This document shows, one piece after another, positions 29,069 to 37,037 of a stretch of DNA of 64,000 nt; positions within the stretch are counted from its first letter, which is position 1, and each line of letters starts with the position of its first letter. This DNA comes from Candidatus Nitrospinota bacterium M3_3B_026 (GTDB taxonomy: Bacteria; Nitrospinota_A; UBA7883; JBPRGF01), in the NCBI GenBank assembly GCA_051418015.1, contig JBPRGF010000023.1, positions 96,001 to 160,000 on the forward strand. Reading direction: 5' to 3'. A program made the position numbers and the translations under genes. The notes under the pieces were generated by a model. It was not told the DNA's origin. It did not search any database and worked only from the letters and a program-made list of their open reading frames with translations.

Positions 29069-30565
29069 CTAGACGCCTTTCTTGCCGCCAAGGACTATGG
29101 CGTTGGATACGAGCTGGTGGACGCTGGCGACAACGTCCATGTCGATTCCGTAGTATGGCAGGACTTTGGTGAACTGGGCCTTGCAGATGGCGCATATCGA
29201 CGCCATGGTGTTCACCCCGTTCCTGTCCATAACGTCCTTGAGCGCCTCGGCCCTCGGCTGGGCGCCGCGGACGCGGACGTTCATCAGCTCGTCGGTCAGA
29301 AGCCCTCCCCCGCCGCCGCAACAGAAAGTTTTCTCGCGGATGGTGTCCTCGTCCATGTCGACGTAGTTGTTGCAGACGGCCCTTATCAGCTCCCGCGGAA
29401 GCTCGAACTGGCCGCCGGGCCTGTCGCCCATCCTCGACGCCCGCGCGACGTTGCAGGAGTCGTGGAAGGTCACCACGTGTTCGTCGTTGGCGGTTTTGTC
29501 TATCTTTATCCCGTCGCGTTTTATCAGGTCGAGGGTGAACTCCACTATATGCGTGGGGTTCTTGTATTTCGGGTCGAGGAAATCCCACGGGCCGATCAGC
29601 GTGTTCCAGAAGCTGTAACCGACGCGCCAGGCGTGGCCGCACTCGCCCACGATGATCCGCTTGACGCCGAGGTCCTCGGCGGCCTCGCGGATCCTGTGGG
29701 CCACCTTGCGCATCACTTCGAAATTTCCGATGAACATCCCGAAGTTGGCGAACTCCGAGGCGTGGGAACTGACCGTCCAGGAGACGCCCGCCTCGTGAAA
29801 AACTTTTCCGTAGCCAGTGAAACCTTCTATGTGCGGGGAACTGAAAAAATCCGCCGAAGGCGGTATCAGCAGAACATCGGCGCCCTTCTGGTCGAGCGGA
29901 TACTTGACGGCGACGCCGTCCTCCTCCTCGACGTCCTCCTCGACGAACTCCAGAGTGTTCGCCAGGGCGTTTTTCTGAAGACCCAGGTTGTTGCCGGCGT
30001 TGAGGACCTTGTTGAGTATCTCGTTGCAGTACTTCTGGCCCATCCCGATGCTGTCCATGATCTCCCGGGCGGCCATCGATATCTCCGCCGTGTCGATGCC
30101 GTAGGGGCAGAAAACCGAGCAGCGGCGGCACTGGGAGCACTGGTGAAAATAGTTCCACCAGTCGTCCAGGACATCTTCCGTCAGCTCCTCGGCCCGGACG
30201 AGGCCGGGAGCGACCTTGCCGCCGACCGTAAAGTATTTGCGGTAAACCTTCCGCAGAAGCTCCTGGCGGGCCACCGGCATGTTGTTCGGGTCGCCGGTGC
30301 CAATGTAATAGTGGCACTTGTCCGCGCAGGAGCCGCATTTCACACAGATGTCCAGGAAAAGCCGCAGGGACTTGTACTTGCCAAGAAGCTCGCCCATCTT
30401 CTCGACGGCGGCCTCCTGCCAGTTGTCGACCAGCTTTCCGGGAAAGCCCAGGCCCGTGTTGTGCTCCTCGGCGGCCGGGTTCGGCCTGTCCGGCAGGGCG
30501 CCCTCCGGGTTCACTTCTGGTATCTTTATTTTTCCCGTTATCTCCGGCGCCTTGACGTCAGCCAA
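29069..30565 (-). CDS. dsrK: DsrK, HdrD-like Fe-S subunit
   Basis: CVKCGSCADKC, CSQCRRCSVFCPYGID, GECGHAW, HDSC, CCGGGGG, CAIC. Confidence 0.95.
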   Translation of the reverse strand: MADVKAPEITGKIKIPEVNPEGALPDRPNPAAEEHNTGLGFPGKLVDNWQEAAVEKMGELLGKYKSLRLFLDICVKCGSCADKCHYYIGTGDPNNMPVARQELLRKVYRKYFTVGGKVAPGLVRAEELTEDVLDDWWNYFHQCSQCRRCSVFCPYGIDTAEISMAAREIMDSIGMGQKYCNEILNKVLNAGNNLGLQKNALANTLEFVEEDVEEEDGVAVKYPLDQKGADVLLIPPSADFFSSPHIEGFTGYGKVFHEAGVSWTVSSHASEFANFGMFIGNFEVMRKVAHRIREAAEDLGVKRIIVGECGHAWRVGYSFWNTLIGPWDFLDPKYKNPTHIVEFTLDLIKRDGIKIDKTANDEHVVTFHDSCNVARASRMGDRPGGQFELPRELIRAVCNNYVDMDEDTIREKTFCCGGGGGLLTDELMNVRVRGAQPRAEALKDVMDRNGVNTMASICAICKAQFTKVLPYYGIDMDVVASVHQLVSNAIVLGGKKGV

Positions 30566-30586
30566 TTTCGTCCTCTCTCGAAAAAA

Positions 30587-31318
30587 TTATCCTTTAGCCC
30601 AGGGGTTGACGTGCCTTACCTCGCGGCAATCGTCCACCTGGGCGCGTGTCGGCGAAAAGAATATCCCGCCCATGTGCATCAGCTTGGAGAACGGGAAATA
30701 GACCATCAGCGCCATCACCAGCAGAAGATGGATCATGAACATCACGTCCACCGGCATCGGCGCCGGGGAAAAGGTCACGATCCCCATCATGAAGTTCTTG
30801 ATCGCCGTCACGTCGGCGCGAATCAGAAATTTCATCACCAGCCCGGAAAGGGCGATCAGCCCGATCAGTATCAGCGCGAAATAGTCCGCCCCGCTGGTGA
30901 TGTAATATGTCCTGTCCACGACCAGCCTTCTGATGAAAAGGTAGACAGCCGCCAGCAGCAAGATCACCCCCGCCCAGACGCCCGGATGACCCGCCAGGAC
31001 GACAAACTCCGGCACGGGGGTCAGAAAATACCGCAAATGACGGACGAGGACCAGCGCCAGGGCGGCGTGAAAGGCGTATCCGCCGAGCCATGTCCACTTG
31101 TTCCCCTTGAACAGGCTGGTGAACAGGAAGACCTCCCCGGCCATCCGCGCCACGACGCCGGTATTCGTCACCGGCGCGGGGGTGGTGGGAATCTTCAGGG
31201 GGGACGGCGTCGCGGCGTAGCCGTACACCTTGTACAGGAATCCGCCGATGAAAACGGCGGACGACAGGTAGAAAAGCGTGATGAACACTATCGAAAGACC
31301 GGTAACCTGCTCCTCCAT
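30587..31318 (-). CDS. dsrM: DsrM, NarI-like diheme cytochrome b
   Basis: PLKIPTTPAP, EVFLFTSLF, FH..RHLRYF, IH..YFPFSKLMH. Confidence 0.95.
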   Translation of the reverse strand: MEEQVTGLSIVFITLFYLSSAVFIGGFLYKVYGYAATPSPLKIPTTPAPVTNTGVVARMAGEVFLFTSLFKGNKWTWLGGYAFHAALALVLVRHLRYFLTPVPEFVVLAGHPGVWAGVILLLAAVYLFIRRLVVDRTYYITSGADYFALILIGLIALSGLVMKFLIRADVTAIKNFMMGIVTFSPAPMPVDVMFMIHLLLVMALMVYFPFSKLMHMGGIFFSPTRAQVDDCREVRHVNPWAKG

Positions 31319-31465
31319 CGCGCGCTCTAAAACCCCCTCCAGAAAACCAGCGTCAATCCGGTGAAAAAGACCGGCCCCGGCCGTCGCCGCGGAGCCGCGC
31401 GGGGCCGTCCCCGCCGTCCTCCCTCCCCTTTCGATGAAGACCGGCGGGGCGGGAGCCGGCGGGCC

Positions 31466-33286
31466 TTACAGCCCCATGCCCATGTCGATATAGCCGCAGG
31501 GGCACACCTCGGCGCAGACGTGGCAGCCGTTGCACCGCGTGTAGTCGGTGAACATGACGTACCCTTGCGGGCGCTTCTTGTCTCGCTCGATGGCCTCCCG
31601 CGGGCAGTATATCCTGCACTCGTCGCAGACGAAGCAGAGTCCGCAGCTCATGCACCGCTCCGCCTCCGCCACGGCCTGCTCTTGTGTCAGCGCCTGGAAA
31701 ATCTCGCCGAAAGAGTGGCCCCGCTCCTCCGGGGGGACGGCCGTCTCCTCGTTGCGCGGCAGGGTTTCGTAATAGTCCAGCCGCATGTCCGTATGCTTGA
31801 TCGGGCGCGGCTTCGGCGGGGCCATGTGCCTCGTCCCCTTCAGGAAGGCGTCGATGTTAAGCGCCGCCTTGCGCCCCTCGCCCACGGAGCGGGTGGATAT
31901 GCCGAGCCCTTGCGCGTCGCCCCCGGCGAAGACTCCCTTGATTCCCGTCATCATGTCCGGGCCGACCTTTATCCAGCCCCACTCGTCGGCCACCTTCTTC
32001 ATGGAGCCTTTCAGGTCCGGTTTCTGGCCGATGGCGACGATCACCGAGGAGCAGTCCAAGGTGAACTCGGAGCCTTCTATGGGAACCGGCGAGCGCCTGC
32101 CGGACTTGTCCGGGTCGCCAAGCTTCATCTTTATGCATTTTAAGGCCGCGGCCCGGCCGTCCTTCACCACGACCTCCACCGGCGCCGCCAAAAACTCCAG
32201 CCGCACGCCTTCCTTTTCCGCCTCCTCGATCTCCGAGGCGATGGCCGGCATCTCGTCGCGGGTGCGCCGGTAGAGTATGGTCGACTCGACGCCGTTCGCG
32301 CCCATCCTCTTGCTCACCCGGGCGGAGTCCAGCGCCGCCTGGGCGGACTCGGTGTTGACCTGGGAGTCGTCACCCGCCGCCGCCATGGCCTGCCGAAGGG
32401 AGGCGCGGGCGGCGTCTATGGCGCTGTCGCCGCCGCCTACGACGACGACCTTGTTCCCGACGTCAACCTCCGCGCCGGAGTTCACCCTGTTCAGGTAGCC
32501 GGCCGCCGAAAAGACGTTGGCCGCGTTCTCCTCGCCGGGAACTTTCAGGTTCGCCCCCTTGTGAGCGCCGATGGCCATGTATACGGCGTCGAAGCCTTTG
32601 CGGATATCCTCGAAGGATTCGTCCTCGCCCACCCTGACGCCGAGCTTGAGCTCCACGCCGAGGTCGAGAATCTTCTGGATCTCCGCGTCGAGGATGTCCT
32701 TGGGCAGCCTGTAGGGGGGGATGCCGTAACGCAGCATCCCGCCGGGCTTTTCGTATGACTCGAAGATGGTGACCGGGTAGCCGCGGCGCGCCAGCTGATA
32801 GGCGCAAGAGAGCCCCGAGGGGCCGGAGCCGATCACGGCGACTTTCTTGTCCTTCTTCTCATCGGTCAGTTTCTTGAGCTTCAGCCCGCGGCTTATGCCG
32901 TGGTCGCCGATGACCCGCTCCATGTTGTTTATGGCCACGGAGCTGTCCTTGTGCTGCCGGTTGCACCCGGTCTCGCAGGGGTGGGGGCATATCCTGCCGT
33001 GAACCGCCGGGAGGGGGTTCTTGTCGGTCAGGATGTACCAGGCCTCGTCGAGGGCCTCTTCCAGGGGCTTCTTGTAGAAGTCCGCCTGGGCTATGGCCGT
33101 GAGGTAGCCGCGGATGTCCTCGCTGGATGGGCACTCGTTCCGGCACGGCGGAAGCTTGCGCACGTAGGTGGGGCATTTCCAGCTCGACCCGGAGGTTACC
33201 ACTATCTCCTCGGGGTCGCCCTTCTCAAGCTTCATCCTGCCGGACTTCACGAGGTCGAGGCCGCTGGGGCCGAATACTCGCTCCAT
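31466..33286 (-). CDS. dsrL: DsrL, NAD(P)H-dependent Fe-S flavoprotein
   Basis: SSWKCPTYV..PPC..CP, GRICPHPCE..CNR, GSGPSG, GGGDSAID, YRR; C-terminal CMSCGLC / CNGCHVCAEVCPCG; directly after dsrB. Confidence 0.93.
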   Translation of the reverse strand: MERVFGPSGLDLVKSGRMKLEKGDPEEIVVTSGSSWKCPTYVRKLPPCRNECPSSEDIRGYLTAIAQADFYKKPLEEALDEAWYILTDKNPLPAVHGRICPHPCETGCNRQHKDSSVAINNMERVIGDHGISRGLKLKKLTDEKKDKKVAVIGSGPSGLSCAYQLARRGYPVTIFESYEKPGGMLRYGIPPYRLPKDILDAEIQKILDLGVELKLGVRVGEDESFEDIRKGFDAVYMAIGAHKGANLKVPGEENAANVFSAAGYLNRVNSGAEVDVGNKVVVVGGGDSAIDAARASLRQAMAAAGDDSQVNTESAQAALDSARVSKRMGANGVESTILYRRTRDEMPAIASEIEEAEKEGVRLEFLAAPVEVVVKDGRAAALKCIKMKLGDPDKSGRRSPVPIEGSEFTLDCSSVIVAIGQKPDLKGSMKKVADEWGWIKVGPDMMTGIKGVFAGGDAQGLGISTRSVGEGRKAALNIDAFLKGTRHMAPPKPRPIKHTDMRLDYYETLPRNEETAVPPEERGHSFGEIFQALTQEQAVAEAERCMSCGLCFVCDECRIYCPREAIERDKKRPQGYVMFTDYTRCNGCHVCAEVCPCGYIDMGMGL

Positions 33287-33302
33287 GCTCTCCTCCCCCC
33301 CT

Positions 33303-34379
33303 TTACAGTCTGACGTGGGACGAGGTGTTGAACGTCGTCCTGGCGAAACGGAAATCGTCGATGTGGTACTTGGTGAAAGGGAAGCCGGTCATCTCGAAAA
33401 ATCTCTTCCAGCCTATCCTCTCGACCCACTCGCCCATACGCTCCCAGTCGCGGGCGGTCTCCTTGTAAGCCCTCAGGATATTGCGGACCGCTTCGGAGAC
33501 CTCCGGCCAGCGCGGCGGGTTGTTGGGCAGCCCCCACACCGCAAGCTTCATGAAAGACGAGCCGCCCCTGGTGCTGGCGGCCTTGCCGCCTATCCAGATG
33601 GAGAGGGTGTCCGTGTCGGCGTCGCGGATCTCCATGCTGGGGCACTGCCCGTGGCAGGCGCCGCAGTACATGCACTTCTCCTCCACCACCTCCATGGTCG
33701 TCTTGCCTTCGAGGACCGTGGGGCGGATGGCCGCCACGGGGCAGATGGCCACGACCTTCGGCAGCTCGCAGACGCCGATGTTCTCGTGGCTGATCCTGGG
33801 GGGATGGTGGTGCTGGACGTTTATGGCTATGTCCGCCTGGCCGCCGCAGTTGATGGTGCAGCAGGAGGTGGATATCTTCACCCGCTGGGGCAGGCCCTCG
33901 TTGACGAACTCCTCGTAGAGGTCGTCCATCAGCGCCTTGACGGAGCCGGCGGCGTCTGTGCCGGGCAGGTTGCAGTGCAGCCACCCCTGCGTGTGCAGGA
34001 TGTTGGATATCGACGGGCCCGTGCCACCCACGGGGAAGCCGAGCTCCTCCTGGATGGCCTTGATGCAGGGCTCCACGTCCTTCTCCTCGCCGACGAGAAA
34101 CTCCACGTTCGCCCGGCTGGTGAAGCGCAGGTGCCCCTGGCAATACCGGTCGGCGATATCGCACAGCTTGCGGACGGTGTCGACGCTCAAGGTCCTCGTC
34201 GAGCCGGCGCGGATCACCCAGAGGACGTCGCCGCTTTCGGCCACGCGCTTTATGACGCCGGGCCGAACCCTCTCGTGATAGTCCCACTTGCCGTAGTTCT
34301 TCGCCGACAGTGGGTGAAGGTTCTTCCTGTGATCCGGCGCCCCGTTGTCCCGGGGGGCCATCTTTTTCGCAGTCGCCAT
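33303..34379 (-). CDS. dsrB: Dissimilatory sulfite reductase beta subunit
   Basis: NYGKWDYHE, FPVGGTG, HTQGWLHC, CCTINCG, CMYCGAC, LPNNPPRWPE. Confidence 0.97.
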   Translation of the reverse strand: MATAKKMAPRDNGAPDHRKNLHPLSAKNYGKWDYHERVRPGVIKRVAESGDVLWVIRAGSTRTLSVDTVRKLCDIADRYCQGHLRFTSRANVEFLVGEEKDVEPCIKAIQEELGFPVGGTGPSISNILHTQGWLHCNLPGTDAAGSVKALMDDLYEEFVNEGLPQRVKISTSCCTINCGGQADIAINVQHHHPPRISHENIGVCELPKVVAICPVAAIRPTVLEGKTTMEVVEEKCMYCGACHGQCPSMEIRDADTDTLSIWIGGKAASTRGGSSFMKLAVWGLPNNPPRWPEVSEAVRNILRAYKETARDWERMGEWVERIGWKRFFEMTGFPFTKYHIDDFRFARTTFNTSSHVRL

Positions 34380-34406
34380 CTTATATATCTCCTATCCCGG
34401 CCTTCG

Positions 34407-35681
34407 TCAGGCCCTCTCGAAGGTTTCGCTCTCCTTGCTGGTGACGGAGGGGGATTGCTCATCCTCCCCCTCAAGTTTTCCGGGCGCCAGCTCCTCGAAC
34501 TTGATGTAGGGGTTCGTCCTCGGGTGGAGCACCATGTTCGGGTCGGGCTCGATCCCCACGCCTTCGAGGAACGTGCCGAGCCCCACGCGGTCGATGAACT
34601 CGCCCACGCGCTCGTGCTCCAGGCCGTTTTCGCCCCAGAATTCCCATATCCGCTCGACGAGGTCGCCGAGCTTTTCCATGTCCTCCTCGGTCTCCAGCTT
34701 GAAGAAGGGGACCAGGACGGAGCTCATGGTGTCGCCGATCTTGAGGGTCCGCTTGCCGCCGAGCATCAGGGTGACGCCCCGCTCCTTGCCGGGCTTCAGG
34801 GCCCTGGGCATGACGTTGATGCAGTGCATGCAGCGCACGCACGACTCGTCGTCGACCTCCAGGTCCTTCGCGCCCTTGAGGCGGATGGCCTCGGTGGGAC
34901 AGCGGCTGATGACGTTGTTGACCACGTAGTCGACGCCCTTCTCGTCTATGAACTCGCCGACCTTCTCGTGGTCTATCCTCATCGGGCCTTTCCAGGTGCC
35001 GATGATCGGCATGTCGGAGCGCTGGACGCTGCAGGCGCAGTCGTTGGCGCAGCCGGATATCTTGAACTTGAACTTGTAGGGCAGCTCCGGGCGGTGCAGC
35101 TCGCTTATGAACCTGTCGGTCAGGTACTTGGTGACGCCCATGGTGTCGAACTGCGACATCTCGCAGTAGGCCGGGCCGACGCAGCAGGCCAGCGTCCTCA
35201 GGGCCGGGCCGGAGCCGCCCAGGTCCCACCCGTGCTCCATCAGCTCCTCGGCGGCGTCGAAGGTGGTCTTGTTGTCGGATCCCAGAAGCAGAGCGTCGCC
35301 GGTCATACCGTGAAGCTGCATGATCCCGGCGGAGTGTTTTTCCCAGATGTCGCAAAGCTCCCGGAGGGTCTCCGTCGAGTAGACCCAGCCGGACGGGGGT
35401 ATGATGCGGATGGTGTGGAACTGGGCCACGTCCGGAAACCTGTCGGCCAGCTCGGAGTATCGGGCGATGACGCCGCCGCCGTAGCCGTCGACGTTCAGGA
35501 CGGTGCCCTGCCAGTAGTTCCACTTGTCCTCGTAGGACTGCTCGAGCTGGCCCAGAAGCTGGCCGACCTCGGGCTTTTTCTCGGAGAGTTTCTTGAGGTC
35601 TTTCACGAAGCTGGGCCAGGGGCCCGACTCCAACTTGTCCAGAAGAGGGGTCTTTATCTGCTGTTTCGTCGTATCGGACAT
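34407..35681 (-). CDS. dsrA: Dissimilatory sulfite reductase alpha subunit
   Basis: TPLLD..GPWPSFV, GYGGGVI, DLGGSG, CVGPAYC, HRPELPYKFKFK..GCANDC, CVRCMHCINVMP; start set at MSDTT. Confidence 0.97.
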   Translation of the reverse strand: MSDTTKQQIKTPLLDKLESGPWPSFVKDLKKLSEKKPEVGQLLGQLEQSYEDKWNYWQGTVLNVDGYGGGVIARYSELADRFPDVAQFHTIRIIPPSGWVYSTETLRELCDIWEKHSAGIMQLHGMTGDALLLGSDNKTTFDAAEELMEHGWDLGGSGPALRTLACCVGPAYCEMSQFDTMGVTKYLTDRFISELHRPELPYKFKFKISGCANDCACSVQRSDMPIIGTWKGPMRIDHEKVGEFIDEKGVDYVVNNVISRCPTEAIRLKGAKDLEVDDESCVRCMHCINVMPRALKPGKERGVTLMLGGKRTLKIGDTMSSVLVPFFKLETEEDMEKLGDLVERIWEFWGENGLEHERVGEFIDRVGLGTFLEGVGIEPDPNMVLHPRTNPYIKFEELAPGKLEGEDEQSPSVTSKESETFERA

Positions 35682-35912
35682 GATGAGCTTCCCTTCAAGC
35701 TTTTTGTCTGTCGCAGGGCTGGCTCCGCCGCGAGCCGCGGGAAAACGGCCCGCCTCGGCGCCCGGTTGAGCCCTTGCGCCCATTACCGTGCTACGTGTTA
35801 GCTAGATGCCGTGGATCGAAGATGGATTCAGCGCGGATCATCTTTTGCTCCGCGCCGCGGCGGGGGCCGAAAATCGCGCCGGGCCGGGCTGACGCCACCT
35901 GGGTCCTGGGAC

Positions 35913-35946
35913 AAAAAAAGCCGCCTTTTTTCCGCTGAAAGGCGGC
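35913..35946 (-). terminator. Intrinsic terminator after dsrC
   Basis: GCCGCCTTT-loop-AAAGGCGGC followed by T7 on the minus strand. Confidence 0.65.
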
Positions 35947-36029
35947 GATTTCCACCCTCCCGGCGCCGGGATCCCCGGCTCGCAACGCCGGGACAAAGCC
36001 CCTGGAAAAGAGGCCGTATCCCCAAGGCG

Positions 36030-36362
36030 CTACACGCAGCCGGTGGGCTTGGGCAGACCGGCGATCTTGCAGGCCTGCTTGGCCGGGCCGCCGGGATAGA
36101 GCTCGTAAAGATACTTGGTGTTGCCCTTGTCCTTGCCCAGCTTCTTGCCGATGGCCTTGGTGAGGATGCGGATCATCGGGGCGATTTTGTATTCCTCGTA
36201 GTACTCGCGCAGGAAGTTGACCACCTCCCAGTGGGCGTCGGTCATGTCCACGCCCTCCTCCTTGGCCAGGTACTCGGCGACGTCCTTGTTCCACTGGTCG
36301 ATGTTCTTCAGGTACCCGTCTTCGTCGGTGTCGTATGTCACGCCGTTCAGCTCGAAAGACAT
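36030..36362 (-). CDS. dsrC: DsrC sulfur-carrier protein
   Basis: DEDGYL, HWEVVNFLR, YLYELYPGGPAKQACKIAGLPKPTGCV with both C-terminal Cys; GGGAGG SD. Confidence 0.97.
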   Translation of the reverse strand: MSFELNGVTYDTDEDGYLKNIDQWNKDVAEYLAKEEGVDMTDAHWEVVNFLREYYEEYKIAPMIRILTKAIGKKLGKDKGNTKYLYELYPGGPAKQACKIAGLPKPTGCV

Positions 36363-36668
36363 TTAACTTGGCCTCCCACAATCCTGTGTTTTTATTTGCA
36401 ACCTCTCTCCCAAACACGAAAGCCGGACGGCCTTCGCCTCTCTTGACCTGGATTTTATAACATCACCCTATCCGTTGTCTTGTTTTATGATGCGCCTGGG
36501 GCGGATTGGATTCTCCGGAACGTCTCCAGGGCAAGACGGGCCCCGCGGCAGGGTCCCGGCGAATCTTGCGGCCTTCGATAATCCCGCTCTCTCTTTCATC
36601 GTCCAGAGCCGCCCTCTCACTGGTCATGCCGCCCTGCCCTCTTATGTCGTCCTGAGCCTCCCCTTTTT

Positions 36669-36762
36669 GTCATTCTGAGCCCCTTCGGCTCGCGCTCAGG
36701 GCAGGCTCCGGCGAAGAATCTCATTGTTTTATCCGGCGCGAGACTCTTCGTTTCAGAATGAC
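36669..36762. repeat. REP-like palindromic element GTCATTCTGAG...TCAGAATGAC, copy 2, with a nested CCCTTCGGCTCGCGCTCAGGG unit
   Basis: Terminal inverted repeat; internal CGAAGAATCTC / GAGACTCTTCG; degenerate flanking half-copies. Confidence 0.7.
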
Positions 36763-36803
36763 AACAGAGCTGCGGAATGACAAAGGGTGGGCGGTTGAAA
36801 AAC

Positions 36804-36847
36804 AAAAAAGCCCCCGCCGGCGAGGCGTAAAGCCCGCCCGCGAGGGC
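36804..36847 (-). terminator. Intrinsic terminator downstream of the transporter operon
   Basis: GC-rich hairpin GCCCTCGC..GCGGGGGC followed by T6. Confidence 0.6.
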
Positions 36848-36852
36848 CGCAA

Positions 36853-36978
36853 GGAGTATCTCGCGCTCCCCTATGCCCCAAGAAGCCCGTTCAATGGAAA
36901 GCGTTCCGATACCCCCCACAACTTGAACCAGCTGACCAAGCGCCACCTCCCGGACGAGGGCGCGGCGCGTGAATATCC
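36853..36978 (-). ncRNA. Candidate rod-shaped structured RNA, family unknown
   Basis: Nested pairings found by eye, several requiring G-U on the minus strand; lies directly before a terminator. Confidence 0.3.
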
Positions 36979-37037
36979 GGGGCCAGGCGCCCCTAAAGCG
37001 CCCGGCCCCGGCATAACGTCCAAAACCGGCCCCGGCG

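Noticed and set aside
36397..36412. sigma54-like TGGGAGAGAGGTTGCA upstream of dsrC
   Set aside because: The spacing fits but the -24 box lacks TGGC; an extended -10 sigma70-type element explains the promoter better.
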